From assembly GCF_004010195.1 (NCBI RefSeq), contig NC_057717.1, positions 103,156,985 to 103,220,984 of the forward strand: DNA of 64,000 nucleotides. Direction: 5' to 3'. Positions 35,327 through 47,472 of the stretch are shown in pieces. The notes beneath the pieces were generated by a model that worked only from the letters and a program-made list of their open reading frames with translations, did no database searches and was not told the origin of the DNA. Position numbers and translations under genes: made by a program. Source of the stretch: Chiloscyllium plagiosum. Lineage: Eukaryota. Position 1 is the first letter of the stretch. Every line of letters begins with the position of its first letter.

Positions 35327-36455
35327 ATTCTGTCCTTCCATGTCTTTTTACCTACCCCACACCTAAGTCTGTTATGACATAGTACAAAGTTAAAAATCAC
35401 ACAACACCAGGTTATAGTCCAACANNNNNNNNNNNNNNNNNNNNNNNNNNNNNNNNNNNNNNNNNNNNNNNNNNNNNNNNNNNNNNNNNNNNNNNNNNNN
35501 NNNNNNNNNNNNNNNNNNNNNNNNNNNNNNNNNNNNNNNNNNNNNNNNNTTAAGCCTTTCATCTGTTAGAATACAGTGATAGTTTCACTTCTTTCATGTG
35601 TAAATCACTAAACCATTTTTTTTTAAAGTTGCATTCTTGGGTTAGCTGTTAACAATGGGTGATAGCTAGACAATATGCTGATGGTGTTGGCCCCCTGTGT
35701 TCTCTGTCTATGCCATGATGTTTAGATTGATTCTAATCTAAAAAGTGAGATAACAGTGTCTTACATAAATTCATGCAGCTTTTGAGCTCAGAGTTCTACA
35801 TGAATGTATGCAGTTTTTGAGCAAAGTACAATGTAACTCTGCAAGTACAAATTCACCCCACAAAATAAATGTGTGCATGTGGGTCTTTGTCTGTCTGTCT
35901 GGGGTGGGGGTTGTGAGTGTGAGAAAGTGTGTGTGTGTGTAGTGATTGCAGAGTGTCTTAAGTCTGTGAGGGGGTGCATGTGTGAGTGTGGGAGTGTGTG
36001 TGTCTATAAGGNNNNNNNNNNNNNNNNNNNNNNNNNNNNNNNNNNNNNNNNNNNNNNNNNNNNNNNNNNNNNNNNNNNNNNNNNNNNNNNNNNNNNNNNN
36101 NNNNNNNNNNNNNNNNNNNNNNNNNNNNNNNNNNNNNNNNNNNNNNNNNNNNNNNNNNNNNNNNNNNNNNNNNNNNNNNNNNNNNNNNNNNNNNNNNNNN
36201 NNNNNNNNNNNNNNNNNNNNNNNNNNNNNNNNNNNNNNNNNNNNNNNNNNNNNNNNNNNNNNNNNNNNNNNNNNNNNNNNNNNNNNNNNNNNNNNNNNNN
36301 NNNNNNNNNNNNNNNNNNNNNNNNNNNNNNNNNNNNNNNNNNNNNNNNNNNNNNNNNNNNNNNNNNNNNNNNNNNNNNNNNNNNNNNNNNNNNNNNNNNN
36401 NNNNNNNNNNNNNNNNNNNNNNNNNNNNNNNNNNNNNNNNNNNNNNNNNNNNNNN

Positions 36456-37496
36456 CGTCTTGCAGCGTCCACCGTGACAGGATTGTATGGAGTTGTCCTG
36501 AGAGCCAGGCAGTTTGCTACGAACAATGATCTGTTTGAGGTTTGGCAGTTGTTTAAAGGCAAGCAGTGGAGGTGTGGGGAAGGTCTTGGTGAGGTGCTCA
36601 TCCTCATTGACAATGTGTTGCAGGTCACGAAGAACATGGCATAGTTTTTCGGCTCCTGGGAAGTACTGGACAATGAAGGGTACTCTGTCGGTTGCAGCCC
36701 GTGTCTGTCTCCTGAGGAAGTCATTACGGTTCCTTGCTGTGGCACGTCGGAACTGGCGGTTGATGAGTTGAGCATCATACCCCGTTCTTGTGAGGGCATC
36801 CTTAAGTACTTCCAGGTATCTGTCACGTTCCTCCTCATCTGAGCAGATCCAGTGTATTCGTAGGGCTTGTCCATAGGGAATGGCTGTTTTAATATGTTTT
36901 GGGTGGAAGCTGGTGAAGTGTAGCATTGTGAGGTTGTCTGTGCGTTTGCGGTAGAGTGTGGTGCTGAGGTGTCTGTTCTTGATGGAGATGCATGTGTCCA
37001 AGAATGAGACAGACAGTCTAGAGTTGTCCATGGTGAGTTTGATGGTGGGATGCAACTTGTTGATGTCACTGTGTAGTTTTATCAGTGACTCCTCGCCATG
37101 GGTCCAGAGGAAGAAAATGTCATCAATGTACCTGGTGTATAATGTTGGTTGGAGATCCTGCATAGAGAAGAAGTCTTGTTCGAACCTGTGCATAAAAATG
37201 GTGGCATATTGGGGTGCAAATTTGGTCCCCATGACTGTTCCGTGTGTCTGGATGAAGAACTGGTTGTCAAAGGTGAAGACGTTATGATCGAGGATAAAGC
37301 GGATGAGTTGTAGGATGGTGTTTGGAGACTGGCAGTTGTTGGTGTTGAGTACTGAGGCTGTCGCCCCGATGCCATCCTTGTGGGGGATGCTGGTGTAGAG
37401 TGCGGAAACGTCCATTGTGATGAGGAATGTTCCCGGTTCGACTGGTCCGTGGGTGCTGAGTTTCTGTAAGAAATCCGTAGTGTCACGACAGAAGCT
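36456..37496 (-). CDS. PLE reverse transcriptase (partial, 347 uninterrupted codons; 5'-truncated, continues into N gap)
   Basis: DVSALYTSIP, QTHGTVMGTKFAPQYA, RYIDD, SFLD, LYRKRT, Cys linker CHGGRCKT before the gap. Confidence 0.9.
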
Positions 37497-37503
37497 CCAC
37501 TAT

Positions 37504-37538
37504 CACCTGATGAAGGAGCGTTGCTCCGAAAGCTAGTG
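37504..37538 (+). ncRNA. Minimal type-I hammerhead ribozyme in the inverted pLTR
   Basis: CAC CUGAUGA A GGAGC GUU GCUCC GAAA GC UA GUG: full core, 3-bp stem I, 5-bp stem II, palindromic minimal stem III. Confidence 0.85.
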
Positions 37539-38944
37539 TGCTTCCAATTAAACCTGTTGGACTATAACCTGGTGTTGTGTGATTTTTAACTTTGTACACC
37601 CCAGTCCAACACCGGCATCTCCAAATCATGAAATAGTACAGTCACCTATTTTCTCACTCTTAAGTCTAACTATTATTCAGGCTTTCTTCTGTCCCGTTCT
37701 ACTATCTATTCCCTCCTTGTTTGCCTAGCACCTCCTCTCTCTCTCTCTCTCTGTGTCTCTCTCTGTCTCTCTCTCTCTCTCTGGGCTCTGTCTCAACTAT
37801 CTGCTCACCTCTCCCCTTCTCCCCCACTCCCCTCCCCCACTTCATCATTGTCGGAGAAATGCAGCCCAATGAATCAGAGACCAGAAGCGAGGATGGCGGT
37901 GAAATTGAACAAAGTGATATCGCCGAAGTGAAATTGACCAGGCTGACACAGAACCGAGTCTCTGCACAGATGGTCAGAATGCTCTTCCTCAACTGGAAGG
38001 TGCCGGCAGGTTTTATAGGGGTACAACACGAAGGTGATAGTTGTAAACCAGTTACAGTGCAATGGTGAAAATTGTAAAGCGGTTAAAACAAGAATAAACT
38101 GAACGGAAATTACATCAAACATCTGACAGCAGCAATTCATTTGTAATTGACACGGGGGATGCCAGCCCTCTCCGTGAGTGGGTGACAATGTCTTCTAGAG
38201 GATTCTTCATTGTATTTCCCATCCGTGCCAACATGTGCAAATGTTCCTTCTCCTGGCATCCAGGTGTGTTCATTGTGTTCCTCCTGCAGGCGAAGTCTTC
38301 CAGGGCGTCTCGGTCTGCCTCTTTGTTTATGCAGTATCAGTTTCAATGGGAAGTGAGCCTGCCCTGATGGTATTGGGACTGCAGTGCTATTCAGGGCTGG
38401 GAGCTTTACTGTGAAGGCTGTTTGGGAAGTGTATTCTCTGGTCTGGGAGTAGCTTGACCAAGTCTGGCTTCTGTGTTAGCCTGATTGGCCAAGAGTGGGG
38501 CATTGTAGGTGCATTCTGTGTGTGTTGGGAGGCTTGATCTCTGTGTTTCGTAGACCTGCTTCTGTGCTTCTTATGTGGTCGTGCTGTGGGTGCGCAGAGT
38601 AGCAGACCTTCCCCCCCCCCCCCCCCCCCCCCCCACAAGTATAAATACCAGGTTTCTAAAGTTCCGATAAGAGTCATGGCTCAAAACATCAACTCTGCTT
38701 TCTTCTCACAGGTGCAGCCGGACCACCTGAGTTTCTCCAACTGCATCTGTTTTTGTTTCAGATCTCCAGCATCCGCAGTTTTTTCTTGTTGCAGGGATTC
38801 CTATGGAAATCGCCTGCATTGTGGAGGTATCTAACCAATGATCCTAACCCTTACCTGAATGTTCTTCCACTGATATATGCTGGCCAACTGATCCTCAAAG
38901 GCCAAACATTTCAGACCTCCTTTTCTGCTTGTTTTATTAGCAAG

Positions 38945-39375
38945 GGGAGGTGATGGTCCATTGGTATTCTCAAAAGACCATTAATCCAGAGACCCAAGCA
39001 ACATCCTGGGATCTGGATTCAACTCCTGTCCATCGCAAATGGTAGCCATGATGTGGAGGTGCCAGTATTGGACTGGGGTGGGCAAAGTCAGAACTCACAC
39101 AACACCAGGTTATAGTCCAATGGATTTATTTGAAATCACAAGCTTCTGGAGCGTAGTCCCTTCATTAGGCGAAGTCTTGGAAGTGGAAATCTGGAATTAA
39201 GAATCTAATGATGATGGAAAACCCTCTCAGGAAGGAAGCTGCCACTCTTACCTGGTCTGGCCTCCATGGGACTCCATACCCAGAGCAATGTGGGTGACTC
39301 TTAATTGCCCTACTAGAGATAGGCAATAAATGTTGGCCTGTCCAGCGATGCCCACATCCTGTGAATGATTTAAAA
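38945..39375 (+). mobile_element. Meta-like tRNA SINE interrupted by a PLE pLTR fragment (~39048-39175)
   Basis: Head GGAGGTGATGGTCCATTGGTATT; CTTACCTGGTCTGGCCTCCATGGGACTCC; insert matches the reverse pLTR. Confidence 0.7.
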
Positions 39376-39882
39376 CCAGGGTGCCCCCTGTTTATGATCG
39401 GTAATCCCAGAGGTTTAGCGAAGTCAATTGTTCATGAGTTTGCTTCACTGGAGAGTAAATCCTGAATTGGCCACTGAAATCTATCCAGATCTATCCCATT
39501 AATGGGAATGCAGGCTGTAACTTTGTCCCAGCAGACCAACGGAAACCCCAACTGAACCTTCCATCTATGAACTCTCCCCTCTTCTGCTCTACTTCACCTC
39601 TGGTTGCCAGGGTCTCCAGCTAATCAGGGCCCACCAGGGTTTCCAAAACTCCAGGGATATGCAGGAATGAAAGTTTGCAATGGATAGGGCTGGGAGTCAA
39701 ACCTGGAAGAAGGGTCAGAAATTTCAATTTAGAGGCAGGATCTCCTGTGATGAATCATCCGAGAATATGTACAGGTTGAGTTGGGATTGTAGAAGCTAGT
39801 TTTCCAACAAGTCTATTGGGTGTTCTAATACAGCAGAATTTCATGGCTGCCAGAGGTCAAGATTGTCCTGATGCATTTAGTG

Positions 39883-39984
39883 ATGCATTCATTTCCTGAA
39901 GAAGGGCATGTGCCCGAAACGTCGAATCTTCTGTTCCCTAGATGCTGCCTGACCTGCTGTGCTGTTCCAGCAATAAAGTTTCAG
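39883..39984 (+). mobile_element. 102-bp PLE-derived hammerhead cassette with perfect 15-bp TSD
   Basis: CTGATGCATTTAGTG at 39868-39882 and 39985-39999; UUC CUGAAGA A GGGC AUGU GCCC GAAA CG UC GAA at 39893-39926. Confidence 0.85.
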
Positions 39985-40209
39985 CTGATGCATTTAGTGT
40001 CAAACTGTGTTTGGAATTGGCAAAACATTCACTGGTTTCTTGCCAGCCATTCAGGAATTGGAGTCCAAATTCCATTTTCTGCCACATGGGATTCAATCTT
40101 AATCCCTTATTGAGGTCTTTGGACCATCAGACCATTGACAATACCACTGCACTATCATCTCCCCATAACTTGCTGCTGTTATCTATTGACCAACATCTTG
40201 GGCTTTACA

Positions 40210-40740
40210 AAGAACAATACAGCACAGGAACTAGCCCTTCAGCCCTCTAAGCCTGCGCCGACACATTTTATCCTTCCATACTTAAACAGTCTTCACTTCC
40301 AGGATCCATATCCCTCTATTCCCTTCCTATTCATGTATCTGTCCAGGTGCTTCTTGAAAGCTGCTGTTGTATCTGCTTCCACCACCTCCTCTGGCAGTGT
40401 GTTCCAGGCACTCACCCCCCTTTGTGTGAAAAACCTGCCTCGCACATCTCTTTTAAACATCCCCCCACACCTTGAGCCTATGTCTCCTAGTAATTGACCC
40501 TTCCACCCTGGGAAAAAGCCTCATGCTTTCCACTCTATCCATGCCATTCACAATCTTACAAAGCTCCTCAGCCTCCTGCGTTCCAGTGAAAATAAAACAA
40601 TCTATCCAACCTTTCTTCATAGCTAAAATCCCCCATACCAGGCACCATCCTGGTAAAGCTTTTCTGTACCCCCTCCAAAGCATCTGCATCCTTCTGGTAG
40701 TGTGGTGAGCAGAACTGCATGCAACTGTACTCCACATCCT
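40210..40740 (-). mobile_element. CR1 3' fragment
   Basis: VEYSCMQFCSPHYQKDADALEGVQKSFTRMVPGM. Confidence 0.88.
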
Positions 40741-42339
40741 GGACTTGTTTAAAGATGTCTGCAACACAATGGGCCTCTACTGTCTGGAATTTAGATGAAT
40801 CAGAGGAGATCTCACTAAAATGTGTATCAGTTCTTAAGGGACTTAACAAGTTCAATACTTCTTGGCCCTTTCCTCATGGCCAGACAGCCTGACTTTCATG
40901 TTCTTAGGTAAATAGGTCAATCATTAGTGTCTGAGCTGAGGAGAACTTTCTTCAACCTGGGGATTGTGAATCTTTAAAATTCTCTCCCCAGAGGGGACTG
41001 GATGTGATGTCATTTGAGTATGTTCAACACTGCGATCGATAGACCTTTCAGCACCAAGGGAATCGAGGGCTGTGGGGAGTGGGGCTGAGGAGGATCTTGT
41101 CGAATAGTAGAAGAGGGGCTGAACCGTCCTTATTTCTAATGTTCTTACGTCTAAATCAACTCACATGACTTTACAGAAAGACCCTGCACATCCCACAAGT
41201 TCTCAAATTCTGTAAGACACCGTGAGCCGGTTTGAAACATGGACCTCAATGCCATTCTCAGCTCTGGGAATGAGAGGGCCACTGAGCGACTGATTGTGGC
41301 CATGTTCTTGTTTTTCTTTCCTGGGGTCTTACCATAAGTTTAAGCCCACTCTTATAGTGTGAGCTTACGGTGTCGGCAGCTTGGAAGCATTTACCAACAA
41401 GAGGCTGGATGGCTTTAAAGTTGGAGAGTTCCGGTAAGTGGCGCTGAAATGCCTATCAGCCGTGATTAAATGGCGGAGTGGACTCGATGGGCCAAATGGC
41501 CTTACTTCTACTCGTACGTCTTATGATCTTATGGATTAGCAGAGTTTGTACCAGCCAACGCCGGCACTGGAAAAGTTCTCCAACTGTTTTGAAACTTGGT
41601 AAGTATAAGTGACCTTCCCTTTTTGATTGGAACATTGATCATTCTTATAATTTGCATGTTACATCCACTCCAGAAGCCCATTCAGGAGATGTTCACTGCA
41701 CATCATTCTTACTGACTCTCCCTGAGCCTGGTCACTTGAATAAAGTGGTAAAAACAGAACCTGCTCTCCATTCTCTCTCAGATTCGCTCGGCAAACAAAA
41801 ATCACTTTAACCTTACTCTCACGGGGTCGGTCACTGTTTCGCTGCTCCAGGTTCGATTGTAGATCAGAGACTCCATTTATATCAGGAGTACTGCACAGAG
41901 GAGAGTCAGCATCCACTGGTGACTGTACTGCCAGGGTGTGACTCCCCTCACGGCTGAATTGCAGCATGTTCGTGTCCTGAAGACAGACATGACAAATAGG
42001 CCAAAAAAGGCACAGGGTGAGGCCATTCTGCCTATCATGCCTGTGCTAGCTGTTTGGTAGGACTGATGAAGGATTAATGTCCGATTCTGCTGCACCTCGG
42101 ATGCTGCCTGACCTGCTGTGCTTTTCCACTTTTTGAACCTGGTAGGACTATTCAATTAATCCCACTCCAACCTCCCACGCCCCTTTCGAACGTGTGAATT
42201 AGCAGAAAGAAATAGCAAAACTGGTGAATTACATTGGTCCAACCGCACTTGTACAATTCAAAATCAAAGCAAATCAAATTGCGGCATATGTTCGTGGCCT
42301 ATTTCCATGCTGTAAACCTCTATGACTCTAAAGCATAGG

Positions 42340-42640
42340 AGTGGCACGGTGGCTCAGTGGTTAGCACTGATGCCTCACAGCATCAGGGACCTGGGTTCAA
42401 TTCCCGTTTCAGGCAGCTGTCTGTGTGGAGTTTGCACATTCTCCCCTGTGTCTGTACGGGTTTCCTCCCAACGATTTGCACGTTAGGTGAATTGGCCATG
42501 CTAAATTGCCCGTCGTGTTAGGTGCATTAGTCAGGGGTAAATGTAGGGGAATAGGTCTGGGTGGGTTGCTCTTCGGTGGGTCAGTGTGGACTTGTTGGGG
42601 TGGGGGGCCTGTTTCCACACTGTGGGGAACGTAATCTAAT
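42340..42640 (+). mobile_element. HE1-like SINE
   Basis: Head, V-domain (with deletion) and TAATC tail. Confidence 0.9.
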
Positions 42641-43969
42641 CAAATCAAGTCAGTGCATTCATTTTCAAGAATGATCTGGAATTTTGTTGTTCCTGATTCT
42701 TTTCCCCTTTAGGAAACAGGCCATTCAGCCCACTGGGTCTGCACCATCAGTCAGCAGGATCACAGCTGATCTGTTTCTGTTGTCTCTGACCCCTGAAAAC
42801 ACTCCACTCCGCATATTTACTGAATTTTCTTCAGAACGTTATCGTCGATTGGCTTCCAATGTTCGTTCAGGCAGCACACTCCCTCGCTGTGTGAAGGAAA
42901 ACTTCTCCTCACTCCCCTCCGGCTGTTTTGCCAATTACCGTCAATCTGTCTTCTTCAACGCGGGTCCACTTCCATCGATGCTGATCACTGATTGTCTGGA
43001 GGCAAACCATTAAATTTGAATTGGTTTGAATTGAAATGATACACTTTGTTTTTCTGCGTGATGCAGGGCCTTGTAACGTTCTGCAAAAGTTGCACATCAT
43101 TGTCAGCTTTCGTATGGACTCATTCAAAGTATTCTGTGTAACATACCTTCTGTGTAATTATGTTTGGTGTTGACATTGCTGTCAGATTTGTTGTAGCTTA
43201 CAAAGGCAGAATGTTATGTGAAACACACTTTAACATAATTATAACATGATGATCAGTAACAGCATTGAAACCAGGTTGTCAAATTAATTTTGCATTGCTT
43301 TTTAAGACCATAAGAACAGAAATTAGGCCATACAGCCCATCAGGACAAGCACATGGATGGCAGTAATATGATGGGTGTATAGGTTAGGTCGATAAATGCT
43401 TGATACAACATCGTGAGCTGAAGGGCTTGTACTGTTCTAGGTTCTATGAGTCTGCTGCATCAATCAATCATGGTTGCTGCATCCAACCTCATTTTCCCTC
43501 TTTCTCCCTGTAACCTTTGATTCCCTTGACAATCAAGAATCTATGTATCTCCATTTTAATTATACTCAATGTTACGTTATTTGCATCGATGGCTGGGCTA
43601 GGATTTACTATCCATCCCTAAATATCACAGGCGGAGGTGGTGGTGAGATGCCTTCTTGAACCACTGCAGTCCACTTAGTGTAAATACACTCACATATTAC
43701 TGTTAGGGAGGGAGTTCCAGGATATTGACCCAGCGATGCCGAAGGAATGGCAATATATTTCCCAGTCAGGATGGTGGGTGGAGGGGATCTTGCAGAGGCT
43801 GGTGCTCCCATATCAGCTCCAAGCTGGGAGAGAACTCAGATGTGGGAAGCGTTGTTGAAGGAGCTTTACTGTTTGATGCATTAAGCCCTTTCTTTGTCCT
43901 TTCATGGGATGTGGATGTGGCTCATCCCTAAGTAATGATCCTAGCTCCCACCTGTATGTCCTTCCACTA

Positions 43970-44530
43970 CTAGATCATGAAAACAGGCCCTTCGGCCCAA
44001 CTTGCCCATGCTGCCCAGTTTTCACAATTTAAACTTGTCCCATTTTCGTGCGAATGGTCCATATCCCTCCTTGGTAAAAACAATGACTGCAGATGCTGGA
44101 AACCAGACTCTGGATTAGTGGTGCTGGAAGAGCACAGCAGTTCAGGCAGCATCCGAGGAGCAGCAAAATCGACGTTTCGGGCAAAAGCCTTTCACCATAT
44201 CCCTCCTTACTCATCCCATTCAAGTACCTGTCTAAATGTTTCTTAAATGACAAAATTGTACTCATTTCGACCTCTCCCTCTGCCAGCCCATCCCAAGCAC
44301 TCACCCCCCTCCAATTGTGAAACAATTGCCCCTCTGGATCTTTTTGTATCTCACCCCTCTCTCCTTAAACCTCTTCCCTCTAGTTTTAGACTCCCCTACC
44401 ATGGGGAAAAAACTATCTACCTGATCTACGCCCCTCTTGGTTTTGTAGACGTCTAAAGGGTCACCGCCCCCCCTCCCCCACCCGCTCCAGGGGAAAGAGT
44501 CCCAGCCTATCCAACATCTCCTTATCATAC
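43970..44530 (-). mobile_element. CR1 3' end containing a 122-bp PLE cassette (44073-44194)
   Basis: Reverse CR1 tail; cassette flanked by perfect CCATATCCCTCCTT at 44059-44072 and 44195-44208. Confidence 0.85.
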
Positions 44531-44778
44531 AGACCAGGTAGTATCTTAGGTCCTTGAAGTCAACATTTCAGAGGGCAGTAAAGAGTCAACCACATTGCCG
44601 ATGGTCAGATTTCTCCAGCAGACCAAGTAGGACAGGATTCAAAGGACATCAGTGAACCAGCTGGGTTTTAATAATAATCGATGATAATCACCATGGTTGT
44701 CATCACTGAGCCATTTCCAGATCTATTGATTGAATTTAAATTCCTGCCGCACTAACCTGGGCCTCTAGATTACTAGTC

Positions 44779-44957
44779 GAGAGTGTGGTGCTGGAAAAGC
44801 ACAGCAGGTCAGGCAGCAGGTCAGAATCTGATTCCTGATAAAGGGCTTGTACCTGAAACGTCGATTCTCCTGCTCCTCGGATACTTCCTGACTTGCTGTG
44901 TTTTTCCAGCACCACACTCTCGACTCTGATCGCCAGCATCTGCAGTCCTCACTGTCT
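44779..44957. mobile_element. Fold-back PLE cassette with mutated hammerhead (44831-44866)
   Basis: Inverted arms GTCGAGAGTGTGGTGCTGGAAAA / TTTTCCAGCACCACACTCTCGAC; TSD CCTCTAGATT(A/G)CTAGTC 44762-44778 / 44958-44974. Confidence 0.82.
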
Positions 44958-45009
44958 CCTCTAGATTGCTAGTCCAGTTTGCCACCCCATCACAATCACT
45001 TCACAGTAA

Positions 45010-45420
45010 CAACAGTTTACACAATGTATATGGCATTTCCAACCTCACAAGATGCTTGGTGGGAGGTTGAGAGCCATATCAACAAACTTTTGTTGTCAGG
45101 TCCCACAGAGTGATGTTAGGTAAGGAAGATGCTTAAAGAGAACAAGCATCTTATAACTAGCAAGGGAAATAAAGGTATGTAGGGAGAGAAGTCAACAGCT
45201 TAGTGCTCAGACAGTGGAAGTCATAGCCACCGATAGTGAAGCAATTAAAATTGGGGGTGGTCAAGAGGCCAGGATCCAAGGAGAGCCAACATCTCAGAAG
45301 ATTGTGAGGCTGGAGGAGGTTACAGAGTTCAAAAGATGCAAGGGATTGGAAAGCATGGGTGAGAATTTTAAAATCCGGTGCTGGGACCACGTCAGCGGCT
45401 ATTGGAGTGAGGTGTGAATG
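45010..45420 (-). mobile_element. Old L2 LINE 3' end
   Basis: Minus: DFKILTHAFQSLASFELCNLLQPH...TIGGYDF. Confidence 0.6.
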
Positions 45421-45769
45421 GGGCTCTGCGAGTTAGGCCAGAGCCAGCAGAAACTTGAATGGGGTCAAAACCAGACTTGCTGCCATACCCAGATGCTCTG
45501 ATCTTTGTAGACATCTTTGATATCAGGGTGAGAATCATTTGATGATTTGCAGGCTATTCCTCCTTCAGATGTTTCTGCCCCATTGTCTAACAAATTGATG
45601 AAATGTTAAAAGTCCATAACCTTCCTGCTGTCAGAGGATAACCCTTGAAACTCAATTCCAAATGGCGTCCATTTCTCCCCGAAGACCACTGTGTACTGTC
45701 AGAACATGAAAAATTTGGGAGGCTGGTTCACAAATAAACAATGAGCAAATTAACGTGTCTCAAAGGCTA

Positions 45770-46100
45770 CTGTGCTAGCCTTGAAGTTTGGAAGGTTACG
45801 GATTCAAGCCCAACTGCCCAGATCTGCGTGTAAACATTCCAAGATGATGCTCCAGTATGTGACTGTTACATGTGAGGCTCCGGCAGTTGGATATTAAAGA
45901 TTCCAACTTGTAGAGGGGAGTGGCGTGCACCCTGTTCTGCTGGCCAACATGTCAGACTTAACAAGGAAGTGGGATTATCATGTTGCTCTTCGTGGGATCT
46001 TGCTGTACATAAATGGCTGCTGGGTTTCCTACATTCCCACAGTAACTAGCTGTGGAATGTCCCGGAGTTGTAAAGGGTGCCATATTAATGCAAGCCTGTC
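45770..46100 (+). mobile_element. DeuSINE-like element
   Basis: GGATTCAAGCCC head; TGTTGCTCTTCGTGGGATCTTGCTGTACATAAATGGCTGC; tail GCCATATTAATGCAAG. Confidence 0.5.
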
Positions 46101-46104
46101 TTGT

Positions 46105-46246
46105 GTCAGGCTGGGGATATCTTTGTCAGGGGTTCTGTTCACTCTGAGAGCTGGCTCTGAGGGAGCTGGATCAGTGTCAAGGACTCTCCGTGTGTAAGTA
46201 AAGGGAGACTTGGTGACAGAATCCCAGCCTCTGTGCAGTTATTTCA
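46105..46246 (+). mobile_element. Partial solo LTR of the same Gypsy family as 9218-9452
   Basis: CTGAGAGCTGGCTCTGAGGGAGCTGGATCAGTGTCAAGGACTCTCCG...AGTTATTTCA. Confidence 0.75.
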
Positions 46247-47139
46247 CCCTGTCTGATCTGAAACTATCTCTAGCTAAGTGGTTGGTTTCTTACGTAGACT
46301 GATGCTAATAGTATGGGTTCAGTTCCCACACTAGCTGAAGTCCCCATAAAGGACTTCCCTTCTCAACTGCCCATCATCTGAGGCTTAGTTACAGACATAA
46401 AAACTGAAGATAATGGCATTCAAGGTAGGCAAGCAGGAAGCTGGAGAAGTCAATGTTTCAAGTATAACCCTTCTCCACCTCCTGATGCTGCCTGGCCTGC
46501 TGTGTTCTTCCAGCCTCCTGCTTGTCTACCTTACCTGAGACTTGGGTAACCGAGTTTTGAGAAGATTTGTATCTCAGGTTGAGGGTCTGGATGTAGGTTT
46601 GCCCACTGTGCTGGACGGTTTGTTGGTTAATGAGCAGAACTATGGTCTGGTAGGACTGCGACAAATTTACTTTCCCTCCACTCTACAAAAATGTTACGGT
46701 CCTACACCCTCACTCAGAGAGCTCCGAAATCACACGACTCTCTGAAAAACAAATGTCTCCTTATTTCTGTCCAAAAGGCCAATCCTTCATTTTAATCCTG
46801 AGTTCAGGACTGACCCGCAAGAGGAAATGGTTCTGTCTTCCTTGTCAGAACCATTCAGGATCATTTTGATCAAGTCACCCCTCACTGTTCCAAACTCCAT
46901 TGGAAGCAAGGCCAGTCTGTCCAACCTATCATCATAAGATAACCCACTGATTGGAGATATCAGTCTGGTTAACATTAATGTCCTGAACAGAAACAATGGG
47001 AGAACTTGTGTTCTTCGGAGAGGTAACACATGACCTTGGCTTCAGTGTGCCAGCCAGCATAGATTTTTGTAGAAGTCTCGAAGTGAAACTTAGACTTAAA
47101 ACTATTTGCCTTACAGGCAGGAGCACTAACCACTGACTG

Positions 47140-47472
47140 ACAATGTCCCTGGGCTAGTAACCCAGGCTAATCCACTGAGGTTGTGGGTTCAACTCCTGCC
47201 ACAGATACTGATAGAATTTAAAGCAATGTTGGCTGTGAAACTATTGTCGACTGTCATAAAGAAAAACCCATCTGGTTCACTAATGCTGTCCTAGGGAAGG
47301 AAATCTGCCGTCTTTCCCCGGTCTGACCTACATGTGATCTCAGCAATGGGGTTGACTCTTAATTGCTCTCTAAGATGGACTAGAGAGCCAATCAGTCCAG
47401 GGGCAATTAGGGATGGGCAACAAGTGCTGGCATTTGCCAGTGGTACCTACATCCCATCAAAGGAGAAATAAA
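47140..47472 (+). mobile_element. Meta-like tRNA SINE
   Basis: CCCATCTGGTTCACTAATG...GGGAAGGAAATCTGCCG...GGCAATTAGGGATGGGCAA. Confidence 0.7.

Larger units (their letters stand above)
35387..37632 (-). mobile_element. Young 5'-truncated Penelope-like element (Neptune type) with inverted pLTRs
   Basis: RT frame open; left end AAGTTAAAAATCACACAACACCAGG is the reverse complement of the right-end pLTR; TSD-like ATGACATAGTACA / ATGAAATAGTACA; two N gaps inside. Confidence 0.9.

Noticed and set aside
35771..37069. 432-aa ORF and other long ORFs across 35.8-36.6 kb
   Set aside because: Lengths are inflated by N runs; alternative frames of the PLE RT
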